A DNA stretch of 64,000 bases from positions 186,001 through 250,000 of the forward strand of contig JABVCE010000008.1 in NCBI GenBank assembly GCA_014905635.1, in the 5' to 3' direction. Under the pieces are notes generated by a model. It made no database searches. It was not told the DNA's origin and was given only the letters and a program-made list of their open reading frames with translations. The stretch comes from Scenedesmus sp. PABB004 (taxonomy: Eukaryota). Below are positions 49,704 through 61,400 of the stretch, piece after piece; position 1 is the first letter of the stretch, and each line of letters begins with the position of its first letter. The position numbers were made by a program, and so were the translations under genes.

Positions 49704-50689
49704 ATGGCGCGTCGCGCCAACTGCGCCGCAGGAGCGGCGGTGGCGCTGCGCGTGCTCGTGTGCTTTGGCTTCGCCGCCGCACTCTGCCTGCTGGTCTTTG
49801 GCACCACCGTGGAGCGCCCCATCAACAGCTTTCCGCCGGTGGCGATGATCCTGATGTCGCTGCTGTCCGCCGCGTCTGCGGTCGTGGGGCTCGTCGGCGG
49901 CAGCAAGTGGGCGTGCTGCCTCGACGCTTTCCTCGTGCTCCACGGCATCTCCACGGTGCGGCATGCCGCCGAGCGACGCACGGCACCGGCGTACACGCCC
50001 ACGGCGCCGACGCCGGTCGGGGCCGGCCGCCGCGCATCTGCGCGCACTCGCGTGCCGCGCAGGCGTGCCTGCTCGCCCTGACGGTCGCGCTGTGGACCAA
50101 CTTTGACGGCGTCGTCGCCGCCATCGACCCGCGGCACTCGGGGCCCTACGACGCGGCGCGTGTGCATCAGGTCCTGCTGGCCGCGAAGTGGCTGGTGCTG
50201 CTCTTCCTCCTGGCCGCCAGCGCGGCGCTCGTGCTGTCGCTGCTGCTGCGTTTCGTGCTCGAACCGCCCTCGACCGCGTACGACAACTTTGACGAGGTGC
50301 CGCGCCGGCCCGCCTGCCTGCCTGCCCGAACGCTGGCAGCAGGGCCACGCCGCCGCCGCCGCCCGGCGGCCCCACGCCGCCGCCGCCGCCGCCGCCCGCC
50401 GCAGGCCAACCTGCAGAGCAAGGCGCGCGGCGCGGCCGCGCTGCGCGTGGACGTCGAGGCCGGCGGCGCGCGCAACAGCAGCTCCAACAACAGCGTCTAC
50501 AACAAGGCAAGGCACTGGCCACGGCCGCGCGGCCAGACACGCCGGCGGTGGCGCCGCGCCGCGCCGCCGCTGCGGGCCTCGAGCGCCCGTACGCCCGCCC
50601 GCACCCCGCAGCTGCGCAGCAAGATGGCGAGCAAGTATGGCGCGTTCAGCCATGGCATCAAGTGGAAGAAGGGCTTCTTTGGCTTCTGA
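49704..50689 (+). CDS. Four-TM tetraspanin-like protein (TOM2A-like)
   Basis: Four hydrophobic segments, a ..WACCLDAF.. motif after TM2 and C-terminal LRSKMASKYG (compare MREKYG in TOM2A-type proteins). Four exons. Confidence 0.65.
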
Positions 50690-50825
50690 TCAACGCCCAA
50701 AGAGAGCTGTGGGTGGATGGGGCGGCAGCCAGCTGGCGGCCGGTCTGGTGGGCAGCTGGCTGCGGTGGCCGGGGGAGCGGTGTCGAGAGGTTACTCGGGC
50801 GCCGAGCCGCTGCTGTCGCGCGCGG

Positions 50826-52328
50826 TCACGCCGCCGCGACCGCCGGCGCCTCCGCCGTCAGCCCCGCCGGGTCGGCCGCCGGCTGCTGCGCCTCCGCGCC
50901 CGCCGCGGCCTGGCTGGCGGCGAGCTTCTGCTTGATCTGCGCGCCCACCGCGTGCGCCAGGGCCTTGGCCATGAGCTCCGCCCGCGTCGTGTGGTGCTCG
51001 GCCCGTAGCCACTTTGTCGCCGCCAGCTTTTCGCCGCGCGTGACAGGGCACGAAGCGTGCAGGGAGCGCTGCTCCAGCTCGCCCGACGGCGTCAGGCTGT
51101 GGAACAGCAGCGCTGCCAGGCGGCGGCGGCGGTGGCGGCGGTGGCGGGTGTCGCGCGTGCGGAGCGGCCCCCCGCCCCGCGCGCAGCCGCCGCGCGCCGG
51201 CGCGCGCCGCGCGCGCCGCGCCGCGCGCACCCGCGCCGCGCTGCGGCCTGACCGCCAGCGCTTTGCGCGCACAGTCGGAGAAGGCGTCAGCAGGGTTGTC
51301 GCCGCCGGGCGCGGGGATCAGCGGGAAGACCTGCGGGCGCGCGGCGGCGCAGGCGCCGGGGCCGGCGCGTGGGCGGGGGCCCGCTGCGCCACGGCAAGGC
51401 GCGGCTGCGGCAGGGGCCTGTGCGTGTGTGTCATGCACACACATGGACACACGCTGCACGCACGCCCCGCCTCGCCGCTTCCCGCGACCGCGCACCGTCT
51501 CCCCGCCGCCGCCGGGCGGGAGGTCATTGAGGTAGAGGATCACCGTCGCGACGCGCTGGCCGCCGTTGGCGGTGGAGTTGACGTCGGTGAACGAGTCCCA
51601 GTGCGCCGCGTAGCTCTGGCCCGGCTCGTAGCGGAGCACGCTGAGGCCCTCGCCGTTGCCCGCGGGCAGCAGCGCCCAGCGCGCGATGCGCGCCTCGACG
51701 CCCCGCACGACCGCGTCGGCGGCGCGCGGGAGCGACGCGTCGCTGCTCGTGCGCACGCGGTGCAGCGCGGCGGCGCCCTGCCCGCTCGACGAGGTCGTCA
51801 CCACGCGGCTGGGGCGCATGCCGGGCGCTGCGAGCGCGGCGATGTGGTCGCACTCCTCGGGGGTCAGGAAGTCGCGCCAGTGGAAGATGCGCGCGTCCTC
51901 GTGGAGCACCTCGGGCTGCGCAGCGCGGCGGCGGCCGCGTCGGCGGCGGCAGGCCCGCGGCGGGCGCAGGCAGGCGGCCCGGCCCGGCGGCCCGGCCAGG
52001 CGGCAGCCAGCGCCACCGCACCTGGCTGCAGGCCGCCGCACACGCCGCGCCGCTGCCGCCAGTCGTCGATGCGGTCGGGGAGCTGGATAAGGATCCTGAG
52101 AGCGCTTTGGGCGGTGTTTCATGAGCGTGGGCAGGCACTGCGGCTGCTGCCGGCAGCTCGCTGCTGGCGCCACCGCGCGCACCAGGCCGCACCTGGCGCC
52201 GCGAGCTCGACGCGCTCGGCATTTTCGTGATCTGCGACAGCTGCCTGCGAGCTCACTGCCAGCGCAAGGGCCACGGCGACCAGCAGTGCGCGCGCAAACG
52301 CGCGGGGTGCTCGCGCCCCGCGCATCAT
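50826..52328 (-). CDS. P4H: Prolyl 4-hydroxylase (2OG-Fe(II) dioxygenase)
   Basis: Signal anchor, RIFHWRDFLTPEECDHI, VRTSS, GEGLSVLRYEPGQSYAAHWDSF (HxD), GGQRVATVILYLND..GGGGET|VFP, ALLFHSL and SLHASCPVTRGEKLAATKWLR (distal His and Lys). Confidence 0.95.
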
Positions 52329-52632
52329 CGGAGGGCGCGGAGCTGCTCCCCGAGCTGGTGGGGGTCAAGAACGCAGCCTGACGTGCAGAGGTGGGCGGCG
52401 GGCGGGCCGGGCGAGCTCCCGCGGCGGCGGCGGTTGCGCGGCGCCGGGCACTGCGAAGCGCTGCACGAGTGCGGTGCGTTGCCAGCACGCGCTGCCAGCC
52501 CGCTCAGGGTCCACAGTCCTCCCTGCACCGCTCACACGCACACGGCGGCGATGCCTGCAAAACCGCCCGCGCCCCGCAGTCATCCTGCGCCGTCCCTGCG
52601 CTGGCTGCTGCTGCCTGCCCCCTGCGAGAGCG

Positions 52633-55600
52633 TCACTCCACGCGCAGCAGCTCCTCCACCGCGCCGGGCGTGCCCAGCGCGTCGCGCCAGCGCCGCGCCA
52701 TGCCGCGCACGTGCGCGCTGCCGACGACGGCGACGACGGCCGCGGGCGCGGGCAGCGGCGCAAACGCGCCGTCGCCGGCGCCGGCGGGCGCGCTGCGCGC
52801 CGTGCAGCCCTCGGGCACCATGTAGCGCCAGATCATCTGCCCGCCCTCGTCCTGCGAGCCGGGCGGCGCGGGCCGCCGCGCTCAGCGCGGCGGCGCCCGT
52901 GGCACCCGCGCGCGGCCCGCGCCGCCGCACAGGGCGGAAGCGTGGCGCTGCGCGGCCGCCGGCGCACCGTGTCGGCGACGTAGGCCGGGACGCTGGCGCT
53001 CGCGCCGCCCGCCGCCGCGGCGGCGACGCGCGCCATGAATGCGTCGCGCTCGTCGATGAGCGGCGGCAGCGCGCCCGGCCAGCGCAGCAGCGCGTCCTCG
53101 CCCCACACAAAGAACGGCTCGTCCAGGCGCTCCTGCGCCCGGCGCCGCGGGACAAGGCGCGGCGCGGCGCGGGGTCAACTGGCGGCGGCACGCGGCGCCC
53201 CCGCGCGCGGCGCTCCCGCGCGCGGCGCTCCCGCCCCGCGCCCCGCGCGTGCCTTGAGCGGCTGCTTGATGGCCACCACGTCCTCCACCTCCTCGCCGCT
53301 GAGCTGGCTGAAGCGCCAGACCTCGACAAACGGCGACAGCACGGGCCACGCGAGCGCGAGCGCGGCCGCCGCCGCGGCGCCGACGATGCCGGCGTCGGCC
53401 GCCGCGCCGCTGCCGAGCGCCGCCGCGGCGGCGGCCTCGGCCTCGGGCAGCGCGTGGCCGGCGGCCGCGGCGACGCCGGCGAGCAGCAGGCCCAGCGCCG
53501 CGGCGAGGCGGCCGCCGCTCGCGGCTACGATCGAGTCGGCCAGGCGGCGCTGGCTGACGTCGGTGGGGCGGTCCGCGAGCAGCACCTGCTGCGCGCCGAC
53601 CTCGCACGCCGCCTCGAGCGCGGCGCGCCACGCCGCGCCCGACGACACGCCCGCTGCCTCGCCTGCGCGCGTGTCCGGCGTGGGGCGCGTGGGCGGGCCG
53701 CGGCCGCTGCTCGCCGCGTGCGGCGCGCGCGGCGAGTGCGGCGCGGCGCTCACCCGCGGCGGCCTGCAGGCGTGAATAAAGGCCGGTCATGGCCCGGGCG
53801 AACGCGTCGGCCACGGGGCTGGACGGCAGCGCCGGTGCGGGCTCGGCAGCGACCTCGGCCTGGCTCCACAGGCGGTACTGCGTCCTGCGGGCAGCGGCGG
53901 CCGCGGCGGCGGCGGCGATGCGGTCGGCACGCGGCGCGGCCGGAGCAGGGCGCCGGCGCCAGCGCGCCGCCGTGCCCCCGCGCGCGTCAGGCGCTCGCCG
54001 CGGCGCGGCACGCGCACCGCCGCTTCCAGCCCGGCGGCGGCGGCAGCAGGCGCTCCGCCTGCCGCGCCGCGCGCGCCGCGGCGAGGCGCTCCGCCGCCTC
54101 CGCCGGCAGCATCATGCCGGGGCTGAGCTGCACGCTCGCGCGCTGCGGCTTGAACGCGTCGATGCCCAGCCCCTCGCCGTCGGCCGCGCTGCCCTCCAGG
54201 CCAGACACGTACGGCGCGTCGGCGGCGCGCCGCGCGCGCACGAGCGCCTCGACCCGCCCCGACTCGACGCCCGAGAAGGTCACCACGACGCCGCCCGCGT
54301 CGGGGAATGCGCCTGCGAGCGTGGCGCGCAGGCGGAGGTACAGGCGCAGGCTGCCCTGCAGCGCCGGCGCCGGCGCCGCGCCGTCGTCGCCGTCCTTGGC
54401 GCCGCCGTCCTCCTTGGCGCCCGCCGCCGCGCGCGCCGCCGCGTCCTCTGCGAGCAGCTCGCCCGCGAGCGCCTGCAGCGCGCCGACCGCCACGCCCGCG
54501 TCGCGCAGGCTGCTGTCGAGCCGGACCTCCAGGCTGGTGACCAGCGGCAGCACGCGCGGCTCGACCACAAACTTCAGGCTCCCCAGCGGCGGCACGAGCT
54601 GCAGCCCCGCCTCGCCATCGCCGGCGTCGGCGGCGTCACCGTCGCTGTCGCCGTCCGGCTCGGGGCGCACCGCGCCAAACTGCGGCGCCTCGCCGCGGCC
54701 CGCGTTCTCCGCGAGCGGCCGGGCCTTGCCGAACAGCCCCGTCGCGAGCAGGCGCGACACGTCGGCCTCGATGTCCTGCGCGCGCGGCAGCACGGCGGCG
54801 GCGGCGGCGCCGTGGGCCGCTTGCTCGCGGGCGGCGCCGCGCACGCGGCGCCGCGCAGACGCGTGCCAGCCAGCGCGCCTGCCCCCCCCCCCCCGTTGCG
54901 GCGCGCGCCTGCGTGGTGACCGCGGCGCCGATGCGGCTCGACACGAGCGCCAGCAGCTGCTCCGCGGTCGGCCACAGCGCGGCGTCATCAGTGGGCAGAC
55001 CCTCGACGCTGACCTTCCTGCGCGGCGCACCCGGGGGCTGAGCGCGGCGCCGGCGCCGAGCCGAGCCGGGCGCTCGCGGGCGGCCGCGGCCGCCGCCGCC
55101 GCCACCACAATCAACCGCGCGCGCGCGCCGCGCCGCGCCTGCAGTGCCACGTCTCCGCGCGGCGGTCGGGGTTGTCGGGGTCGACCAGCAGCGCGACGCG
55201 CTCCTTGCAGAGCTCGACCAGCACCACCTCCGGCCGCACCGCGCGCACGAGCGCCTTGGTCTGCTCGCAGGACACCTGCGCAGGCAGCGCGGCGCGGGCG
55301 GTCGGCGGCGGGCCGCGCCGCGGCGGCGCTGGGCCGCGCAGCGCGCCGGCCGCGGCGGCGCGCCTGGGAGACGTGGGAGACGCCGAGCACGAAGACGCGG
55401 CTCACGCCGCCCGACGCGGCCGCGTTGGGCGCCTCCAGCACGACCGTCGCGTTGCGCAGGTCGGCGGGGAGCTCCTCCCAGGAGCTCACGCGCGGCGCCG
55501 CGGGCGCGGCGGGCGCCGCGACCTGCGCAGCGGCAGCGGCGTCGGCGCGCGGTCGCAGCGCGCCGCCGCTGGCGCCGCCGGCGCTGCAGCGCGCCGGCGC

Positions 55601-55716
55601 ACCTTGTCAGGGCTCGCCACGCGCGCCGGGGTGCGCCCCAGGGGGCGCCCAGGCCGTGCGGGCGCGCCCGTGCCGGCGAGCTGCGGCGCGCGCGTGCGCT
55701 GGCGCGACAGCTGCAT
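52633..55716 (-). CDS. TraB/PrgY-domain protein with putative transit peptide and POTRA-like insertion
   Basis: VFVLGVSHVSQ|VSCEQTKALVRAVRPEVVLVELCKER, GVSSGAAWRAALEAA..VLLADRP, PLIDERDAFMA and VVAVVGSAHVRGM are TraB motifs. Hydrophobic hairpin at about 53340-53520. Start MQLSRQRTRAPQ is inferred. Confidence 0.82.
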
Positions 55717-56081
55717 CCTGGCGCGATTGGCGGTGTCGCGAGGGGAGGTGCGGCTGCAATGCGCGCGCGTTCGCGGATCTGCTGCTGCTGCCTCGTGCGA
55801 AAGCAGCCGCCTGCGGCCGCGCCCGCTGGATCTGCGTGCAGGAGGTTGCGAGTGCGAGCGAACAAGCGCGCGGCCGGGAGTTTTCGATGCCCATGCGCGG
55901 CGGTTTGGCAGAACAGATGATGTAACATTCGCCGTCGCCGCTGCATACGCACACCGCTGCCGCCTGCCGCACTCGCGAAGACACCGCTGCGCCTGCAGCA
56001 CGTCGCGGGAGACCGCCACCAACCCCCACACGCCCGCACACCGCGCACGCGCCCGCCGCCGCCGCTGCTGTCGCGCGCAGA

Positions 56082-57430
56082 ATGGAGCACCTGGCCAGCG
56101 CGAGCCGGAATGTTGCAGCCTTCGTTCGCAGCAGCGACCAGTTCCAGGCCGCCTGCTCGGCCGCGTTCGATCAGGCGCGCACGCCGCGCGCGCGCATGCA
56201 TGCGGCGCGGCGCGGCGCGGCGCGGCGCGGCGCGGCGCGGCGCGGCGCGCCGCGCGCGTGCATGCGCGGCGCGGCGCGGCGCGGCGCGCGGCGCGCGGCG
56301 CGCGTGCATGCGCCGCCGCCGCTCAGCCGCGCCGTCACCACCACCGCCTCCAGGTCGACGTGCGGGGCACGGGGCGCGTCCCGATCAGCCACGTGGCGCT
56401 GGCGACATGCTACTTCTTCAGGGTGCGCCGCGGGGCGGGCGCGACGCGCGCGCCGGCCGACCGACCGCGGCCTGCCCCGTCACGTTCACAACGCGCCGCT
56501 GCTGCTGCTCCCCCTCCCCCTGCGCAGGACGTGAGCGCGGCCGTGGACGACTACGGCATCAGGATCGCTCAGCCGACGGCGGCGGAGGTGCAGAAGATCC
56601 TCGTGGTGCGGCGCGTGCGACGGGCGCGTGGGGCGGCTCGGCGGCGCAAGCAAAGCCGGAAGCCCGGCGAGGCGCGGCCCGCGCTGACGCGAGCGCGCAC
56701 CGCACGCGTGGCGCGTGGCCGGCCGCGCAGGACAGCGGGTACGACTCGGCGGAGGACGTGAGCCGCGAGGAGTTTGAGGTGTGTGGCCGCGGGACCGTGC
56801 CCACGGCACGCCGTGCGCGGGAGGGGCGGGCGCCCCTGACGCCCGCCGCGCCCGGCAGACGCGCGCCGCGCTGCGCGCTGCGCCCGCGCGTGCCCATCCC
56901 ACCCGCCACGCCTGCGTGGGGCCGCGCGCAGGCGCTGTATGTGGCCATCCTCAAGTTTGCGGCCGTCAAGTTTGCGCACGGCTTCTGCGCAAAGTGAGGC
57001 CGCCGCCGCCACGCGGCCGCGGCATCGCGGCAGCGCGCCGCCAGCGCCGTCACACAGTCACATGGGTGTGACTGTGTGACCCACCTGCCCGCAGGTACGG
57101 CGTCGGCATGGCGGTGGGCTTTGCGGCGACGGTGATCGTCAAGCGCGCGCTGCGCGCGATCCCCATCGTCGGCCCCGTCGCCAGGCCGCTGCTCGGTGCG
57201 CCTGCTTGCGCGGAGCGCCGCCGCCGCCGCCGCGCTCGCGCCGCGCCCCTGCGCTGGTGCCGCGCGCGCCCCGCCGCGCTCACGCGCGCGCCCGCACAGG
57301 CCTGCTGCCCGCGCCGCTGCTTGGCCCGCTGCTCGGCATCCTGGGCGTGTACATCGCTGACCGGGGCGACCTGGCGGACGTGAAGGCCAAGCTCTTCCCA
57401 AAGCGCGGCGGGCAGTTCAAGGCGGGGTGA
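56082..57430 (+). CDS. Small degenerate EF-hand protein with C-terminal membrane segments
   Basis: Seven exons splice in frame: ..CSAAFDQ|VDVRGTGRV..|..PTAAEVQKILV|DSGYDSAEDVSREEFE|ALYVAIL..|YGVGMAVGFAATVIVK..PIVGPVA..|GLLPAPLLGPLLGILGV..KAG*. Confidence 0.7.
56204..56302 (+). repeat. (GCGCG)n pentamer tandem repeat in an intron
   Basis: Two blocks of GCGCG repeats separated by TGCATG. Confidence 0.8.
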
Positions 57431-58218
57431 GGGACGCGCGTGTGGGGAGGGGGGGCTGCGGGAAGGGGGGGCACTGACGTCTGTCGCTGGCGGCACTGAT
57501 CAGTCCATGAACTCAGCGCAAGCGGCGCGCGGGCGGGGTCTTGTCCGGTGAACTGCGGGGGGCGCGCCGCGCGGCCAGCATCCTCTGGCGCGCGCGCGGA
57601 CTGGTGTGCGTCCGGCCTGGAACACGGCCGAGGAGCGGGGCCTGCAGGCCAGCTGGGGCTGACCTGGAACCAACCAACGCAGGTCACCGTCACCTGTCGC
57701 CCCCGTCAGCCCCGTCAGCCCCCGCCGCTGGTGTGCAGCGACGCCCGCCCTTGTCACGCCGGGGCCCGCGCGTCTGCGGCCGTCTGTCTGGCTGCCACGC
57801 CACGCGTGGTCTGATGGTGATGCTGATGTGATGTACAACTGCAACGCCCAGCCCCAAAACTGTGCGTCGTCCTCCCTCTGTGCCGCCTCCGCGACGTTTT
57901 TTCCTGGTACAAGCTGTGCGCGCCAGAGGGCGCGCCGCCGGCGGCCCACGGCGCGGCGCCGCGCACGCGGCGCGCGCGGGCGAAGCAAGCAACAAAGCGA
58001 GTGGACACGCGGGCATGCGCTTGTGCAAAAGAGCCAGCGGCGACGCCGACGGCGGCCGGCCGCCGTGCGCGGCCACCGGCCCCTGCGGACCGATGCACGC
58101 GCCTGTGCGCTGCTGCTGCTGTCCTCTGCGCCCAAGTCAAAAGGGATGCAGTGAGCGGCCCCCAGGATCGAGTGAGCGGCTCCCAGCTGGCTGCGCGTGC
58201 GCTGCGCGCCGTGGCGCG

Positions 58219-61157
58219 TCACGTGCTGCCGGTGCTGCTGCTGCCGCCGCCGCCGCTCGCGGGCCCAGCGGCGAGGCCGTCGCCGGGCGCGCCCGCCCAA
58301 CGCCGGCGGCCCCACTTGCCGCCGTCGCGGCGCCGGCCTCGCTCGCGCGCCTGGTCGACCTGGCTGGCGGCGTCAGGCCGCCCCGCTGCCGTGGCAGGCG
58401 CCACGCTGCCGCCGCCGACACTGCTGCTGCTGCTGCTGCTGGCCGCCGCGCCGCCCCGCGCCTGCTCCTCCTGCGCCTGCTGGCGCCGCGCGCAGTGCCG
58501 GCAGCCGTCCCGGCCGCCCGGCTGCTTGCGGCCGACCGCGTCGTCGCCAGCGTCCGACGCCCCGCGCGGGTCCTGCTCCGGGGCGGCGCCGGCCGCGTGC
58601 TGCTGGCCGGGCGCGCGGCGCACGAGGGCCGCGAGCGCGCGCGAGCAGGTCGCGCACGCGCGCCCCGCCGCCGCGAGGCCGCCCGCCGCGCCGTCGCCGC
58701 CGTCCGAGTCGGAGGAGGCGAGCGGGTCGCGGAAGCGCTCGCTGTAGAAGCGCTCCGCCTCCTCGGCCGCCCGCTCCTCCTCGCCGCAAGGCTCCGGCAC
58801 GCCGGCGGGCCCGGCGGGCCCGGCGCGGCGCGCCGGCGCCTGGGGACCGCCGGCGCCGCCCTGCGCCGCCAGCAGGCGGCGCAGCGCCGCAGCCTCGGCC
58901 TCGGCGGCGGCCGCGGCCTCCTCGGCGGCTGCGAGCGACGCGGCGATGGCCTCGGCCAGGGAGTCAAAGCCCTCGTCCGGCAGGCTGCCCGCGGGGTCGA
59001 GGCCGGCCGCGCCGGGCTCCCACGAGCCCGTGCGCTCCGCCAGCGCGGCGCCTGCCGCGGGCGCGTCGTCCAGCGACAGGCTGAGCGCCCAGGGCGGCGG
59101 CGCCGCGCGGCGCGGCGCGGGCGGGGCGGCGCGCCGGCGGCGGCGCCGCCGCGCCCACCCGCGGCCGCGACGCGCAGCGGCGCGCGGCACACGGGGCAGC
59201 TGAAGCTGGCGCCCGCGGCGTCCTGCCACGCGCGCAGGCAGGGCAGGTGCACGAGGTGCCCGCACGGCAGCTGCTTCGCGCCCGCGGTGAGGCGGTCGCG
59301 GCAGACCACGCACTCCTCGGCCGCCGCGAGCGCGGGCGGCGCGTCGGGGAACGCGCCGTCCAGGCGCGCCGTCGCGGCGGCGTGCGCGCTGTGCGCGCGC
59401 AGGCGGCGCAGCGCGGAGAGCAGCACCGCGCGCGTGTCGAGCAGCAGCAGCGCGTCGAGAAGGTGGAAGCTGAGGCCGTGCTGCAGCCACACGTGCCCGT
59501 GGTGCGCGAGCGTGAGCAGGTGCACCGCCACGTCAGCGCCCAGCTCGGCACGATACATAAAAGCGTCCCGCCCCGCGCCCGCCCAGCCCTCCCACACCGC
59601 GGCCGCGCGTGCGGCGAGCCGCGGCCGCGGCGCCGGCGGCGCCGGCGCCGGCGTCGCGGGCGCCGCCGCGGCCGCGCCGCAGTCGCTGCTGCACCCGCCG
59701 CTGCACCCGCCGCCGTCGGCGTCGGGCGTGGGCGCCGTGGCAAGCAGCTCATCCATGAGCAGCGCGACGCAGCTGCGCAGCAGCGGCGGGCGCGGCAGCG
59801 GCGGCGGCGGCGGTCAGTGGCGGCGGCGGTCGCGGCGCGGCCGCGGCGCAAGGGCCCCCGGCGCGGCTGCGCGGCCGCGCCGCCGCCGCGCGGGCCGCCC
59901 GCCGCGCCGCGCCGTGCCTGAGCGTCGCGCGCGCCGCGTCGACGGCGGTGATGCCCATGTCCAGGCCAAAGAGCAGCGCGACGCTCCAGCTGAGCCGCCC
60001 CAGGTGTGCGGCGAGGAGACCGATGCCGGCGGCGTTTGTCGCGAGCACGAGGCCCAGCAGCGCGAGCGTGCGCACGTGGCGGCCGAGCCCCGCGGCGGGC
60101 GAGACGCTCAGGCCCGCGAGGCGGTCCTTGGAGAGGCCGACAAACATCTTCAGCTCACCGATCACCGCCAGCCTGCGCGGCGGTGCCGCGGCGCGTGACG
60201 TCATGCGTGCGCGCAGGGCGGGAGGGTTCGCAAGCGGCCGGGCCCACCCGCCCGTGCCCGGGCCCCCGCCGCTGCGCGGCGCGGCCGCCGCCGCGTGCGC
60301 ACCAGGGCAGCCAGTGCAGCAGCTCGAGCTGCGTCGGCAGCACGACCATGCCCACGAGCGCGACCTTGATCAGCAGGTACTTGACCAGGCGCTGAGTCAG
60401 CCGCCCCGCCTCGGCCGGCGACAGGCTGCCCAGGAAGAGGCTCTGCGGCGGCGAGCCAGCGGCGCGGCGCAGGCGGTGAGCGGCGGCGCGCGGCGACCGC
60501 GGCTCGCGCGCGCCGCCGCGCGGCGCGCGAGCGCACCGTGGCGGCGATGGAGGTGAGCACGCAGCAGGCGAGGAGGCAGTTGCCAAACACGAAGACGCCG
60601 AGCTGCGTCTTGAGCAGCGCGTCCAGCAGCGCGCGCGCGCCGCCGCCGCCGGCGGGCCTGGCGGGCGGGGGCGAGCGGGTGCGGGTCAGGCGTGGCGTGG
60701 AGCTGCTGACGGCGGGCCGCCGCGGGCCCCCTGCGGCGCGCATGGCTCGGCAGAGCGGGCACCCAACCCCTGCCCGCCCATCCGCGCCCTGCGCGTGCCG
60801 GCACGCCGAGCGAGCAGCCCGGGACGCCCACGACATCAACCACTGACTCTTCCCGCCCGGGAGTCGAGTACTGGCGCGCCTGGCGCCCGGCCCTTGCGGA
60901 ATGGCCTGCTCTCTCTCCTTCCCCCAGCGCGCGCAGGGCCCTTCGCCGCCCCGCCCGCGCGCCACAGCGGCAACAACGAGCGCCCCAGCGGCCCGTGAGG
61001 CCCGGGCAGGCACTCACCGCAGCGACTCCAGGGCCACCACGCCGCCGCTGTGCTCCTGCCAGCCCTTGTGCACGCAGAAGGCGAGCCCCGCGAGGCAGGC
61101 GCCCGCGTAGGCCCGAGCCGCGCCCGCGGGCGACTGTGGGGGTCGCGATCGCGACAT
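58219..61157 (-). CDS. ERAD RING-H2 E3 ubiquitin ligase, RIN2/gp78(AMFR)/HRD1-like
   Basis: Multi-TM N-terminus (SLFLGSLSPAEAGRLTQRLVKYLLIK, LKMFVGLSKDR, HVWLQHGLSFHLLDALLLL) and RING-H2 CVVCRDRL..AKQLPCGHLVHLPCLRAW..SCPVCRAPL. C-terminus uncertain because of an apparent frameshift near 59140. Confidence 0.88.
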
Positions 61158-61400
61158 TCTGCCGGCTGCCCGGGGCCGGCCGGCGCGCCCGCTGCCGCTG
61201 CTGCTGCTGGTGCGGCGGCGCGCCGCGCGGCAGCTCCGCCCTCTGCGCCGCCGGCGTGCTCTGCCCCCGGGCGGCCGCGCTGCGAGTGCCGGGCGCGGTG
61301 GGCGGCGCGCGGGCGCTGGTGCGGCGCGCCGCCCGCGGTTGAGGGTTGTTGTTTGTTGCAGGGTTCATCGGTGCGCCCCGACCCGCCCGCCCGCCCCGCC

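Noticed and set aside
52633..55716. TraB as a conjugation or mobile-element gene
   Set aside because: The motifs are of the TraB/PrgY (TIKI-related) family common in eukaryotes. No transfer genes, terminal repeats or transposase are seen.
4500..59160. Apparent frameshifts near 4510 (ARP5), 16300 (bZIP), 18505 (HEAT), 48290 (coiled-coil) and 59140 (RING), suggesting pseudogenes or programmed frameshifting
   Set aside because: All fall in GCG/CCC repeat tracts in otherwise intact genes. Single-base assembly errors are the simplest explanation; read mapping would settle it.
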